Below, piece after piece: positions 50,801 through 62,000 of a stretch of 64,000 nt of DNA; within the stretch, counting starts at the first letter, position 1; each line of letters begins with the position of its first letter. Both the position numbers and the translations under genes were made by a program. This stretch comes from Eledone cirrhosa. Its lineage: Eukaryota. Below the pieces are notes generated by a model. That model was not told where the DNA came from and did no database searches. It worked only from the letters and a program-made list of their open reading frames with translations. The stretch is from assembly GCA_964016885.1 (NCBI GenBank), contig OZ024742.1, forward strand, positions 352,594,001 to 352,658,000. Direction: 5' to 3'.

Positions 50801-52983
50801 GGAAGCTTAACGCGTCCTTACCAGCGCGCAAGGCCTACAGAGACCGGATTAGCGAACTAGTTAAGCGGGCGTTGACACAGAGTTCAAGATTTTGGCCAAG
50901 GTGCTAGCAAAGAGGCTGGCGCTTGTCGTTGGTGGTCTGGTGGGAGAGGCACAGACATGCGCCATTCCCGACAGATCCATCCACGACAACCTCCACCTCA
51001 TGAGATACATCGTAGAGAGGGTAGCTAGGGAACCTGGCACGGGTGGGTCTTTGATCAATTTAGATCAGTCGAAAGCCTTCGATAGGGTCGACCATCGTTA
51101 CCTAGCGGCAGTCCTGAGGGCGGCTGGCTTTGGGCCCGTCTTCAGAGGCTGGATCGCTGCCATGCACAGCGACATCTGCTCTGTAGTGAGAGTGAACGGT
51201 CACCTTTCGGAACCGTTCAACATCATGCGCTCGGTCCGCCAAGGATGTCCCCTCTCGTCCCTATTGTACGTATTGACTCTCGAGTCATTACTGCACAAAC
51301 TGGAGACGTTGAGGGGTGTCCCGCGCGAACTAGGATGCGGAAGATCCGTGTCAGCATATGCCGACGATGTCACCGTAGTGGTGTCGAACGCCAAACACAT
51401 CGAGGCGATCGGCACTACACTAAGAGAATACGAAGCGGTGACAGGAGCAATGATCAACCAGGAAAAGTCAGTGGGCCTGCAGCTCGGCACCTGGAGAGGC
51501 AGGTCCATGCCGTCCAACAGCGTCGTCGGGCGCTGGACGGACGGACCGGTTAAATTGCTAGGGGTCTGGTTCGGTCCAGACCTCCAGACGGACAAAAACT
51601 GGGATGAGGTGACGAGCAGGGTCGCTTCTCTCACCCAGAAATGGGCGGAGAGGAAGCTATCCCTGAAAGGTCGAGCGGAGGTGGCGAATGCGTACATCGC
51701 ATCCATCATCTACTACCGCCTGACCGTCGTAGCTTGTCCTAAGCCCCGCCTGACTGCGCTGGAGCGTTTGCTCTTTCGCTTCTTGTAGAAGGGAAGCGCT
51801 CCGATGGTCAGGCGGTCCATCTGCTGTCAACACCCGCTACGTGGAGGGCTGGGCATGCCGTGGCTGATGATGCGCAGACACGCGCTCAGGCTACGACACC
51901 TCCACCTCTTCCTCGACTGTGATCAGGTGTTGTCGCCGTTTGCATGACACGTTTTTCCCCAGCTCGTCTCCTTGACGGAGCTGCAGTCCTGGGTCAAGCG
52001 AGGACCGAGAGGGAGCGCTTGGAGACTGGAATGTCTTCAGGCGCTCACAGCCCTCGACCAATCGGGCAATGTGATCGGTGGAAACTCCACCTTGGCGTGC
52101 TATAGGGGATTAGTGGAGGGGAAGAGCGACGACGTACTTGGAGAAACTCTAGGCGTCGACGAAAATCAACTAGCCAATCTCTTCGGAAGGACTTTCGGGC
52201 CGTGGCCTATTGACAACTTCCAGAAATCCCTGGCCTGGCAGTGCTACCGAGGAGCCTTGCCAGTTCGGGATAAAATCTACAGGCATGGAGGTGCCGTCAG
52301 CCGGGCATGTCCGAGGTGCGCGCAGGGCGACGAAACCGTCCTGCACGCACTGGTCCAGTGTCCGAGCATTGCTGACTTGTGGGTTTATGTCGAACACCTG
52401 CTGTCACGTGTAGGACGGATCCAGCTATCAGCTGAGTCCATCGTGAGGATTGCCCCGCCCACTTCCTTTAGCCGTGAAGGGCAGGCAGTTTTTATATGTC
52501 TGGTGGCCATGGCGAAAGAGATAGTATGGTGGACACGTTTGAAAGGGCTGAAGACGAGCACTTACCTCCACGGTGATGCCCTGATTAACTTTTTCAAATT
52601 TCATTTGAAAAGGAAAATCAGGGTAGAGAGGGAAGTGCTCTCTTCCCAGCATTTTGTTGAAAGATGGGTGAGAGAAGCAAGTATGGCCCGAATGAATGGG
52701 CCTTCTCTGAGTATGTGTCTGTAAATTAAAGGTGGAAAACTGGGAGAGGGCACTTGCCCTGGTGGTCAGGGCCACTGTGGTCTTTTAATGGGCTTTCTCC
52801 ACAAATGTCCCTTGGAAGTCTCCCCCCTATTCGGGAATTTTTCTTTGTTATTTTTGTTTATTTTTATTTTATTTCAACCTCTGTTTTTTTACACGCAGAA
52901 ATGCCCATTTGTACCGTCCTGTATTGTCCTGTACTGTCCTTAATGTCTACTTTATGTGAACCCTTGTGGTTAATAAAGAAAAC
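47853..52983 (+). mobile_element. Tx1 element type B, both ends present, decayed (copy B1)
   Basis: Type-B 5'UTR and ORF1 (CVVCVEGTHLRAFC) with stops; ORF2 has a ~760 bp deletion near 50876 plus stops. Confidence 0.95.
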
Positions 52984-53222
52984 ATTATTATTATTATTAT
53001 TATTATTGAATGCCATGGTTGACGGAGGCTCGGCTCTGTAAGGTATAGTAATTTTTAACCGTTAAAACAATTGTAAATTGTTTAAAACTTGAACCAAATT
53101 GTTGATAAAGACACCCTCCTCCTCGTGAGAGGGGTCTTTCTGTCCGTTATTTGGCCCTTCGGGGTTAAATAACCAGTTATTGGGGTTTTGTACCCAAAAT
53201 TTCATTTTAAACAAAAAACAAC

Positions 53223-55286
53223 ATGGCTACAAAAAAGAAATTTCATACGTCACTCCCACTCATTCCGTCTTCTTCTTCCTCAATCATCACTACAGCAGAG
53301 AGAAGATTGTCTATCTCCCTCCCTTCTTTAAATGTGTCTCTCTCCCTCCCTTCTCTTTCGCAAGTGACGAAAGAAAAGAAAAGTCTCGTGCAAAGCGTGC
53401 AAGGTTTCTCCACGACGACGACGACAGCGACGAAACAGGTGTGCGGGAAATACGAAAACCCAGTTCATTCGTCTGACGTCAGGAATAATAGCAGTAGCAG
53501 CCGTAATAACAACAGCAACAGTGACAATGAAAACAACAGTAGCAGCCGCAACAGCATCACCAGCAACACCAACAACAACCACAGCAACAGCGGCGGAGGC
53601 AGTAGTCGTAGTACCTGCAGCAACAACAAAAGTACCAGCAGCTCTGACGACAACAACAACAGCAGAGAAAAACCAATCTCATTTGCAGGTATTGCGAAAA
53701 ACTTGGAAACAATCCTCATAACCAATGAGGAATTAGAGGAAGCGAAGAAGATGGTGACAGAGAACGGACACCGAGCAATCTGCAAGGCAGCGAAAAATTT
53801 TTTCGAAACCCAAGAGCACTGTACGGTCACGTACCGTACAGTAAGTACAAAATCCCGTAGGGTGGAAAGAGCCACAGAGGCCCAAATACAAAAAGCCTTG
53901 GGGTCTGTGTGGCAGAGGAAAACGCACATCACCCGAGGCAAAAAATACGCCACCGTAGACGTACTTTTTGCCACACCCCAGGAGGCAAAGGCCCAATCAG
54001 TAGTGACCCTAAGGAGCGAGGAAATGGTGTTGGTGCCCTCCTACTGCGGGCAAAAAATTGTGAGGGTCAAACTGACCCACGTCCCCCCCGGAATGACCCC
54101 TTCTTGGCTGGCCGCGTCTGTCCTCGTCGGAATCGAGGACAAAACAACTGTACTGCAAGTACAGAAAAAAGTAAGAGAAGATTGGGTCGGCTCCTCCATT
54201 GAGATGCTAATCCAAACCAACCAGGAGTGCATCGAAGCTATCCCGGATGTGATAGACTTCGATAACGGCACTCAACTGCCCATAAGTGTTGAGGGCAAAC
54301 GCCCGAAATGCTTTCGCTGTGGATCGAAGACTCACCTCAGGGCCTTCTGCAACGAGAAGACCCTGAGAAAGGAGAAAACCCCCCTCCTTCCGAATCCGGC
54401 TCCACGGCTACCAGCAACATGACAAGCGGCAACCAGGAACGATAGGTCCGTGGCACCCATACCCACTCCACGGAAATCAAAGACAGCAGCAGTGGAAATA
54501 TTAACAACAACAACAGCAATACCAAATGCAGCTGCAACAGAGACTCCAGTGCAAACATCACCAACAACAACAAGTGAAAGAGTGGAGCTGGTACCCCTCC
54601 CCGACCTTACAGAATCAGACATGGAGTGTGAGGTGGGAGAGGGATGGCAAAAGGTCGCAAGAAGGCACAAACGCAGAAGCAGCGCATCGTCGCCTTTGAA
54701 AAGGGAGGAAAGAAATGAGAAAAGGGTAAAGTCTACTGCAAAAAGATCCACAGCAGCAACACCACCAACACCATCACCACCCACACCAGCACCACCATCA
54801 CCACCGGCGACAACCCTACCGCCAACAACACCTTCAACACCACCACCACAAGCACCAACATCGCAAACACAACAACAAAACACACACACCCAGCAACAAC
54901 GACAAGAAAACAGCAGAACCACACCCCACCCCCAGAAAAACAAATGCACGGCAATAAACACACACAACAAGAAACTAATGACTTACATAATTGAACACAC
55001 AGACATTTCACAACAGGACTACATAATACCAGCACCAATCAAAACGCCAACTAACATAAGACTGCTAAAAATAGCACAGAAACAATACACAAACATTAAA
55101 ACGAAATTCCCCAACGCAGTTGGTGATTTCAGGGACCTAGGAGGAACCATCAATCGAAGAGTATATTCAGACATTCTCTTAGAAGAGCCGACGACCAGCC
55201 GAAGGGACGATTCAACGGTCCCTTCACCAGACGATCAAGTGAAAAGGGATGTAAAAACCATCACTCCTCTACCAAAAGTACGATAA
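53223..55286 (+). pseudogene. ORF1 type A (~687 codons; RRM-like core, CCHC knuckle, Pro/Thr-rich linker) with a single premature TGA at 54420
   Basis: 53223-54422 and 54450-55286 are in one frame; copy A1 has GGA at the homologous codon. Confidence 0.88.
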
Positions 55287-55321
55287 GTGGTCTTTCCCAT
55301 CTTTTCCACTCTATTTTAAAC

Positions 55322-58300
55322 ATGACCTCACTCAGAATAGGCAGCATAAATGCGCGTGGCTTGGGGTCGTCGTGGAAGCAGGGTCACCTGCTCAACGACC
55401 TCAGGTCACTAAACATAGATGTAGTGGCCATCAGCGAGACCAGAATCTCCGAAGCACGGGCCTTCGCACCGATCTTCGGCGGCTACGATGTGTACGCATC
55501 TCCCAGCCGTCCTGGATCGGGTGGAGGAGTTGCTGTGCTTTTTCGGAGAGGTTTGGATCTCGCCATACGGGCCATCTTCCTGGACCCAGAGGGTAAGCTG
55601 GTGGTGCTGGACGTGACCAGCGGAGACGGGCAAGCTTTCAGGCTAGTGGCCGTCTATGCCCCGACAGGAGCAGGGCGGCCTGATTTCTTCCGGCGTCTGG
55701 AGACCTTTCTTGGAACGTCCCGCTCTTTAGTGTTAGTGGGCGACTGGAACGGGATCTTAGATGCACGCTGGGACTGTGTGGGATTAGCGGATAGGGGTGG
55801 AGGGTGCAAGAGCCTCACCAACCTGCTCAGGCGTTTTGAACTGTCTGACAGGTACCGATTGGATTTCCCGAATGTGCCAATGTGGACTTGGACAAACCGC
55901 ATAGGGTCATCCAGATCATATCTAGATAGAGTATTTTGTAGGGAAATAGATAGGTCTAGCATAGGCTGTCCACAATTCAAAATAGTCAGCTACACGGACC
56001 ACAAATTCGTGACCTGTGTGCTTGACTTAGATAGGCTTCATAGACGAGGACCCGGCTACTGGAAGCTAAACGCGTCCTTACCAGCGCGCAAGGCCTACAG
56101 AGACCGGATTAGCGAACTAGTTAAGCGGGCGTTGACGGGGGCCATCGTCAACAACAAGTGGTGGTTTGCTCTGAAAAGAGCGATTAGAATAGAATCGATT
56201 AGGTTTAGTAAGGCTTTAGCAATAGAGAAAAATAGAGCAGAGGGAGAACTAGTTAGAAAATTAGACGAGGCGCTTAGCAAAGGCATTGCGACCGACGTGC
56301 TTGCGGCGAAATTGGCCCTTGACCAATTCTTCAATGCAAAGCACAAAGGCTGCGTTGTCAGAGCTAGGGTGCGTGCTCTCAGACACGAGGGGACGAAAGC
56401 CGTTCAATGGGCCCGAGTGGCGGAGGCGCGTCGTGGCAACAAAGCCACGATCCGGTCTTTGGTGGACCACGACGGGCGCATGCTACTCGATCCCGGGCAA
56501 ATGTGTGAAGCTTTTCAGCGACACTTCGCTCAGCTGTTCGGGGGCAGCGGGGGGCCGGGTAGAGGGATGGACTTTAGTGTCTACCTCGACGGACTGCCGC
56601 GGCTCTCGGCCACTGAGGCGAAGTGTTGCGAAAAGCCGATAACAGCCGCTGAAGTACGGGAGGCAATGACTGGCTGCACAAGGGGTAAATCGCCTGGTTT
56701 GGATGGTCTGCCCTATGAACTTTACGTACAGATGCCAGACTTGTTCGGAGGCCTCTTGGCGGACGTCTACTGCAACTGGCAACAGAACGGGAGAATTCCC
56801 AGTTCTGTGAGCCGAGGAGCGGTGGCACTGCTGAGAAAGGATCCGAACAAGGGGGATAACATAGACAATTTCCGGCCCATAACTCTGCTAAACACAGAGT
56901 TTAAGATTTTGGCCAAGGTGCTAGCAAAGAGGTTGGCGCTTGTCGTTGGTGGTCTGGTGGGAGAGGCGCAGACATGCGCCATTCCCGACAGATCCATCCA
57001 CGACAACCTCCACCTCATGCGATACATCGTAGAGAGGGTAGCTAGGGAACCTGGCACGGGTGGGTCCTTGATCAATTTAGATCAGTCGAAAGCTTTCGAT
57101 AGGGTCGACCATCGTTACCTAGCGGCAGTCCTGAGGGCGGCTGGCTTTGGGCCCGTCTTCAGAGGCTGGATCGCTGCCATGCACAGCGACATCTGCTCTG
57201 TAGTGAGAGTGAACGGTCACCAGTCGGAACCGTTCAACATCATGCGCTCGGTCCGCCAAGGATGTCCCCTCTCGTCCCTCTTGTACGTATTGACTCTCGA
57301 GCCATTACTGCACAAACTGGAGACGTTGAGGGGAGTCCCGCGCGAACTAGGATGCGGAAGATCCGTGTCAGCATATGCGGACGATGTCACCGTAGTGGTG
57401 TCGAACGCCAAACACATCGAGGCGATCGGCACTACACTAAGAGAATACGAAGCGGTGACAGGAGCAATGATCAACCAGGAAAAGTCAGTGGGCCTGCAGC
57501 TCGGCACCTGGAGAGGCAGGTCCATGCCGTCCAACAGCGTCGTCGGGCGCTGGACGGACGGACCGGTTAAATTGCTAGGGGTCTGGTTCGGTCCGGACCT
57601 CCAGACAGACAAAAACTGGGACGAGGTGACGAGCAGGGTGGCTTCTCTCACCCAGAAATGGGCGGAGAGGAAGCTATCCCTGAAAGGTCGAGCGGAGGTG
57701 GCTAACGCGTACATCGCGTCTGTCATCTGCTACCGCCTAACCGTCGTACCTTGTCCTAAGCCTCGCCTGACTGCGCTGGAGCGTTTGCTCTTTCGCTTTT
57801 TGTGGAAGGGTCGTGCTCCGATGGTCAGGCGGTCCATCTGTTGTCAACACCCGCTACGTGGAGGGCTGGGCATGCCGTGGCTGATGATGCGCAGGCACGC
57901 GCTCAGGCTACGACATCTCCACCTCTTCCTCGACGGTGATCAGGTGTGGTCGCCGTTTGCTAGACGCGTTTTTCCCCAGCTCGTTTCCTTGACGGAGCTG
58001 CAGTCCTGGGTCAAGCGAAGACCGAGAGGGAGCGCCTGGAGACTGGAATGTCTTCAGGCGCTCACAGCCCTCGACCAATCGGGCAATGTGATCGGTGGAA
58101 ACTCCACCTCGGCGTTCTATAGAGGATTAGTGGAGGGGAAGAGCGACGACGTACTTGGGGAAACTCTAGGCGTCGACGAAAATCAACTAGCCAATCTCTT
58201 CGGAAGAACTTTCGGGCCGGGGCCTATGGACAACTTCCAGAAATCTCTGGCCTGGCAGTGCTACCGAGGAGCCTTGCCAGTTCGGGATAAACTCTACAGG

Positions 58301-58741
58301 CATGGAGGTGCCGTCAGCCGGGCATGTCCGAGATGCGCGCAGGGCGACGAAACCGTCCTGCACGCACTCGTCCAGTGTCCGAAAATTGCTGACTTGTGGG
58401 TTTATGTCGAACACCTGCTGTCGCGTTTAGGACGGATCCAGCTATCATCTGAGTCTATCGTGAGGATTGCCCCGCCCTCCTCCTTTAGCCGGGAAGGGCA
58501 GGCAGTTTTTATCTGTCTGGTGGCCATGGCGAAAGAGATAGTATGGTGGACACGTTTGAAAGGGCTGAAGACGAGCACTTACCTCTTCGGTGATGCTCTG
58601 ATTGACTTTTTCAAATTTCATTTGAAAAGGAAAATCAGAGTAGAGAAGGAAGTGCTCTCTTCCCAGCATTTTGTTGAAAGATGGGTGAGAGAAGCAAGAA
58701 TGGCCCGAGTGAATGGGCCGACTCTGAGTATATATCTGTAA
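55322..58741 (+). CDS. ORF2 polyprotein: APE endonuclease, reverse transcriptase, C-terminal CCHC finger (Tx1/L1 clade), 1139 aa
   Basis: SINARGL, ISETR, VYAP, GDWN, YLDR, TDH; GPGYWKLN; SPGLDGLP, FRPITLLN, KAFDRV, RQGCPLS, YADD; CPRC..ETVLH..C. Confidence 0.97.
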   Translation: MTSLRIGSINARGLGSSWKQGHLLNDLRSLNIDVVAISETRISEARAFAPIFGGYDVYASPSRPGSGGGVAVLFRRGLDLAIRAIFLDPEGKLVVLDVTSGDGQAFRLVAVYAPTGAGRPDFFRRLETFLGTSRSLVLVGDWNGILDARWDCVGLADRGGGCKSLTNLLRRFELSDRYRLDFPNVPMWTWTNRIGSSRSYLDRVFCREIDRSSIGCPQFKIVSYTDHKFVTCVLDLDRLHRRGPGYWKLNASLPARKAYRDRISELVKRALTGAIVNNKWWFALKRAIRIESIRFSKALAIEKNRAEGELVRKLDEALSKGIATDVLAAKLALDQFFNAKHKGCVVRARVRALRHEGTKAVQWARVAEARRGNKATIRSLVDHDGRMLLDPGQMCEAFQRHFAQLFGGSGGPGRGMDFSVYLDGLPRLSATEAKCCEKPITAAEVREAMTGCTRGKSPGLDGLPYELYVQMPDLFGGLLADVYCNWQQNGRIPSSVSRGAVALLRKDPNKGDNIDNFRPITLLNTEFKILAKVLAKRLALVVGGLVGEAQTCAIPDRSIHDNLHLMRYIVERVAREPGTGGSLINLDQSKAFDRVDHRYLAAVLRAAGFGPVFRGWIAAMHSDICSVVRVNGHQSEPFNIMRSVRQGCPLSSLLYVLTLEPLLHKLETLRGVPRELGCGRSVSAYADDVTVVVSNAKHIEAIGTTLREYEAVTGAMINQEKSVGLQLGTWRGRSMPSNSVVGRWTDGPVKLLGVWFGPDLQTDKNWDEVTSRVASLTQKWAERKLSLKGRAEVANAYIASVICYRLTVVPCPKPRLTALERLLFRFLWKGRAPMVRRSICCQHPLRGGLGMPWLMMRRHALRLRHLHLFLDGDQVWSPFARRVFPQLVSLTELQSWVKRRPRGSAWRLECLQALTALDQSGNVIGGNSTSAFYRGLVEGKSDDVLGETLGVDENQLANLFGRTFGPGPMDNFQKSLAWQCYRGALPVRDKLYRHGGAVSRACPRCAQGDETVLHALVQCPKIADLWVYVEHLLSRLGRIQLSSESIVRIAPPSSFSREGQAVFICLVAMAKEIVWWTRLKGLKTSTYLFGDALIDFFKFHLKRKIRVEKEVLSSQHFVERWVREARMARVNGPTLSIYL

Positions 58742-59001
58742 ACTAAAGGTGGAAAACTAGGAGAGGGCACTTGCCTTGGTGGTCAGGGTCATTGTGGCTT
58801 TTTACTGGGCTTTCTCCACAAATGTCCCTCCGAAGTCTCCCCCCTATTGGGGAATTTTTCATTGTTATTTTCATTGTTATTTTTGTTACATCCTCTGTTT
58901 TTGTTTTTTTACACGCAGAAATGCCCATTTGTACCGTCCTGCATTGTACTGCACTGTCCTTAATGTCTACTTTATGTAAACCCTTGTGGTTAATAAAGAA
59001 A

Positions 59002-59042
<41 letters not shown>

Positions 59043-62000
59043 GGCGACCTACGTAGGAAATCGTATTATCGTGAGCTCCGCAAAGGTTTGTTATTTCCGT
59101 TTGTTTAAAAATTGCCATTTATGGAAAATTTTATTGTAAACTGTTTATAAGCACACATACATTGTTTTCCGAAAAGGACACCCAAAAAGATTGGGGCCTT
59201 GTGCCCAAAATTTTAACTTTTATTATTATCCAAAAATTTCTTTGAAAAAAAATGGCTAATTCCCCTCTGCACGAAGCAGCTGAAAGCCTTCCTCACAAAA
59301 TAACACCTCACACCGACACCACCATTGTAAATGTTACTACGTTTGCCAACACAAAAAAAAATATAAGCAGTAGCAATATTTTAAATTTGTCTCAGGCAGA
59401 CATTCATTTCCCGCCATTACCAATGACTGCAGGTGTTAAACCCTCCACCACCACCACCACCGCGACAACCACCACCACCACCACCACCACCGCGACAACA
59501 GAAACAAAAGAAGAAAAAAATAAATTAACTCGTGACGTCGAAATGAAATCAAGCAAAATGGACTCTTCCCCACCAAAGACGACTGACGTCACAACCACCA
59601 CAACTGAAAATAAAATTAATATTAACGATAGCAACAACAACAACAATGACATTATAAAACCGACCCTCAGTTTCGCCATCGTAGCAAAACAATTCGAAGC
59701 GTTCACGGTAACCCAAGAAGATTTAGAAAATGCCAAACAAATGGTAAAGAAAGATGGGTACAGGGTCAGCCTCAACCCCCCCCCCCCCCCCACCTAATAA
59801 AATGGAGCATCGGCGCCTGTGCACCGTGTCGTATAGAACAATAAATGTAAAATCGCGCCGAGTGGAACGGGCATCCGAGTCCCAAATCCAAAAAGCTTTG
59901 GGACATGTGTGGGCAAGAAAAACCCACATCAGACGTGGGCAAAAGTATGGAACCGTGGATGTGTTCTTTGAAACTCCAGAGGAGGCTAGAGAACACTCCA
60001 TGACCCCATTAAAAAGTGACGACCTCACACTCGTCCTAAGCTATTGTGGCCAGAGACTCGTAAAGATCAGGGTGACCCACGTTCCACCGGCCATCGAAAT
60101 TCCCTGGCTAATAGCGGCTGTCCTCACCGGCATCGAAGCCAACACGAAAATAATAGCAGTAGCAAAAGAAAAGCAGGAAAACTGGTCCGGATCTGGGATG
60201 GAGCTCCTGATCCAAGCGGACCAAAAAAGCATTGAGGAGATCCCAGAGGTAATAGACCTCACTGACGGCAGCCACCTCACGGTAATTGTCGAGGGCAGAA
60301 GACCTAGGTGTGTCGTTTGTGGTGAAGGAACCCACCTAAGGGCTTTCTGCCCTCAGGCTAAAAGGTTGAGGCCACCTCTCCTACCCACCCCAGTGACAAA
60401 ACCATCAACACCACCAGTAGCAGAGATGGCAGCAACAACTGTAGCAGCAACAACAGAAGCAACTATAACAGCAACAACCCCAGCAACAGTAGCAAAACCA
60501 ACACCACTACCACCACCAGCAAAACCAACACCACCACCACCCAACGCTTCAGAACTAGCACCAGCGCCTACACCATCCACCACACCACAACCAAAACTAA
60601 CGGCTGTGGAAGATTTTCCACTCCCCGGCCTATCACAACTGGAGACAGATTGTGACGACGAGGAGTGGGAAACGATATCCGGAAAAAAAAAAGAAACCAA
60701 AAAAGAAAAAATTCTCTTCCTTCCCCCTCCAAAAACAAATTACAGAGGGAAACAAATAAACTAAGAAACAAAAAAGTTAGGACAGATATGCCACCATCCA
60801 CACCAGCATCACCAACCCCATCAACCCAAACACCAACACCATCACCATCATTATCCCCAACACCACCATCACCTACACCACAAAAGTCATCAAAATACGA
60901 AACAGAAACAAACCCACAACAAACGCAAACAAAACAAAACAACCAAAACGATACACACTACACAGCATTAAATTTGAACAACAAGCAATTATTACACTAC
61001 ATCCAACACAACACCAGCATCACAGAAAAAGACTACACAACAACCCCAAAATTCACACCACCTCCACACATACAAATCACTCGCATCACACAGAAAACGT
61101 ACATGACACTAAAACAAAAATTCCCCAAAGACATCGGAGACTTCCGACAAGCACTCTCCAGGAGGATTTATAAGGACATCCTTCCTGAGGAGGCCACAAG
61201 CAGTGAAAAGGATGGAAAAGCCGTCCTTCCCCTAGGAGAAGTAAGGTAAGTGGTCTTTCCCATCTTTTCCACTCCTTTTCAACATGACCTCACTCAGAAT
61301 AGGCAGCATAAATGCGCGTGGCTTGGGGTCGTCATTGAAGCAGGGCCACCTGCTCAACGACCTCAGGTCACTAAACATGGATGTAGTGGCCATCAGCGAG
61401 ACCAGAATCTCCGAAGCACAGGCTTTCGCACCGATCCTCGGCGGCTACGATGTGTACGCATCTCCCAGCCGTCCGGGATCGGGGGAGGAGTTGTTGTGCT
61501 TTTTCGGAGAGGTTTGGATCTTGCCATACGGGCCATCTTCCTGGACCCAGAAGGTAAGTTGGTGGTGCTGGACGTGACCAGCGGAGACGGGCAAGCTTTC
61601 AGGTTAGTGGCCGTCTATGCCCCGACAGGAGCAGGGCGGCCTGATTTCTTCCGGCGTCTGGAGACCTTTCTTGGAACGTCCCGCTCTTTAGTGTTAGTGG
61701 GCGACTGGAACGGTATCTTAGATGCACGCTGGGATTGTGTGGGATTAGTGGATAGGGAAGGAGGGTGCAAGAGTCTCACCAACCTGCTCAGACGTTTTGA
61801 ACTGTCTGACAGGTACCGAATGGATTTCCCGAATGTACCAATGTGGACTTGGACAAATCGCATAGGGTCATCCAGATCATATCTAGATAGAGTATTTTGT
61901 AGGGAAATAGATAGGTCTAGCATAGGCTGTCCACAATTCAAGATAGTCAGCTACACGGACCACAAATTCGTGATCTGTGTGCTTGACTTAGATAGGCTTC

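Larger units (their letters stand above)
53008..59003 (+). mobile_element. Tx1 element type A, full length, near intact (copy A2)
   Basis: 5'UTR, ORF1 with one in-frame stop, intact ORF2, 3'UTR with AATAAA, (ATT)n flanks. Confidence 0.97.

Noticed and set aside
54420-54422. Programmed stop read-through in ORF1
   Set aside because: The sister copy has GGA at this codon, so a point mutation is simpler.
57217-57726. Recurrent 165-169 aa antisense ORF in the Tx1 RT region
   Set aside because: It recurs only because the copies are near identical; it is an antisense shadow of GC-rich coding sequence.
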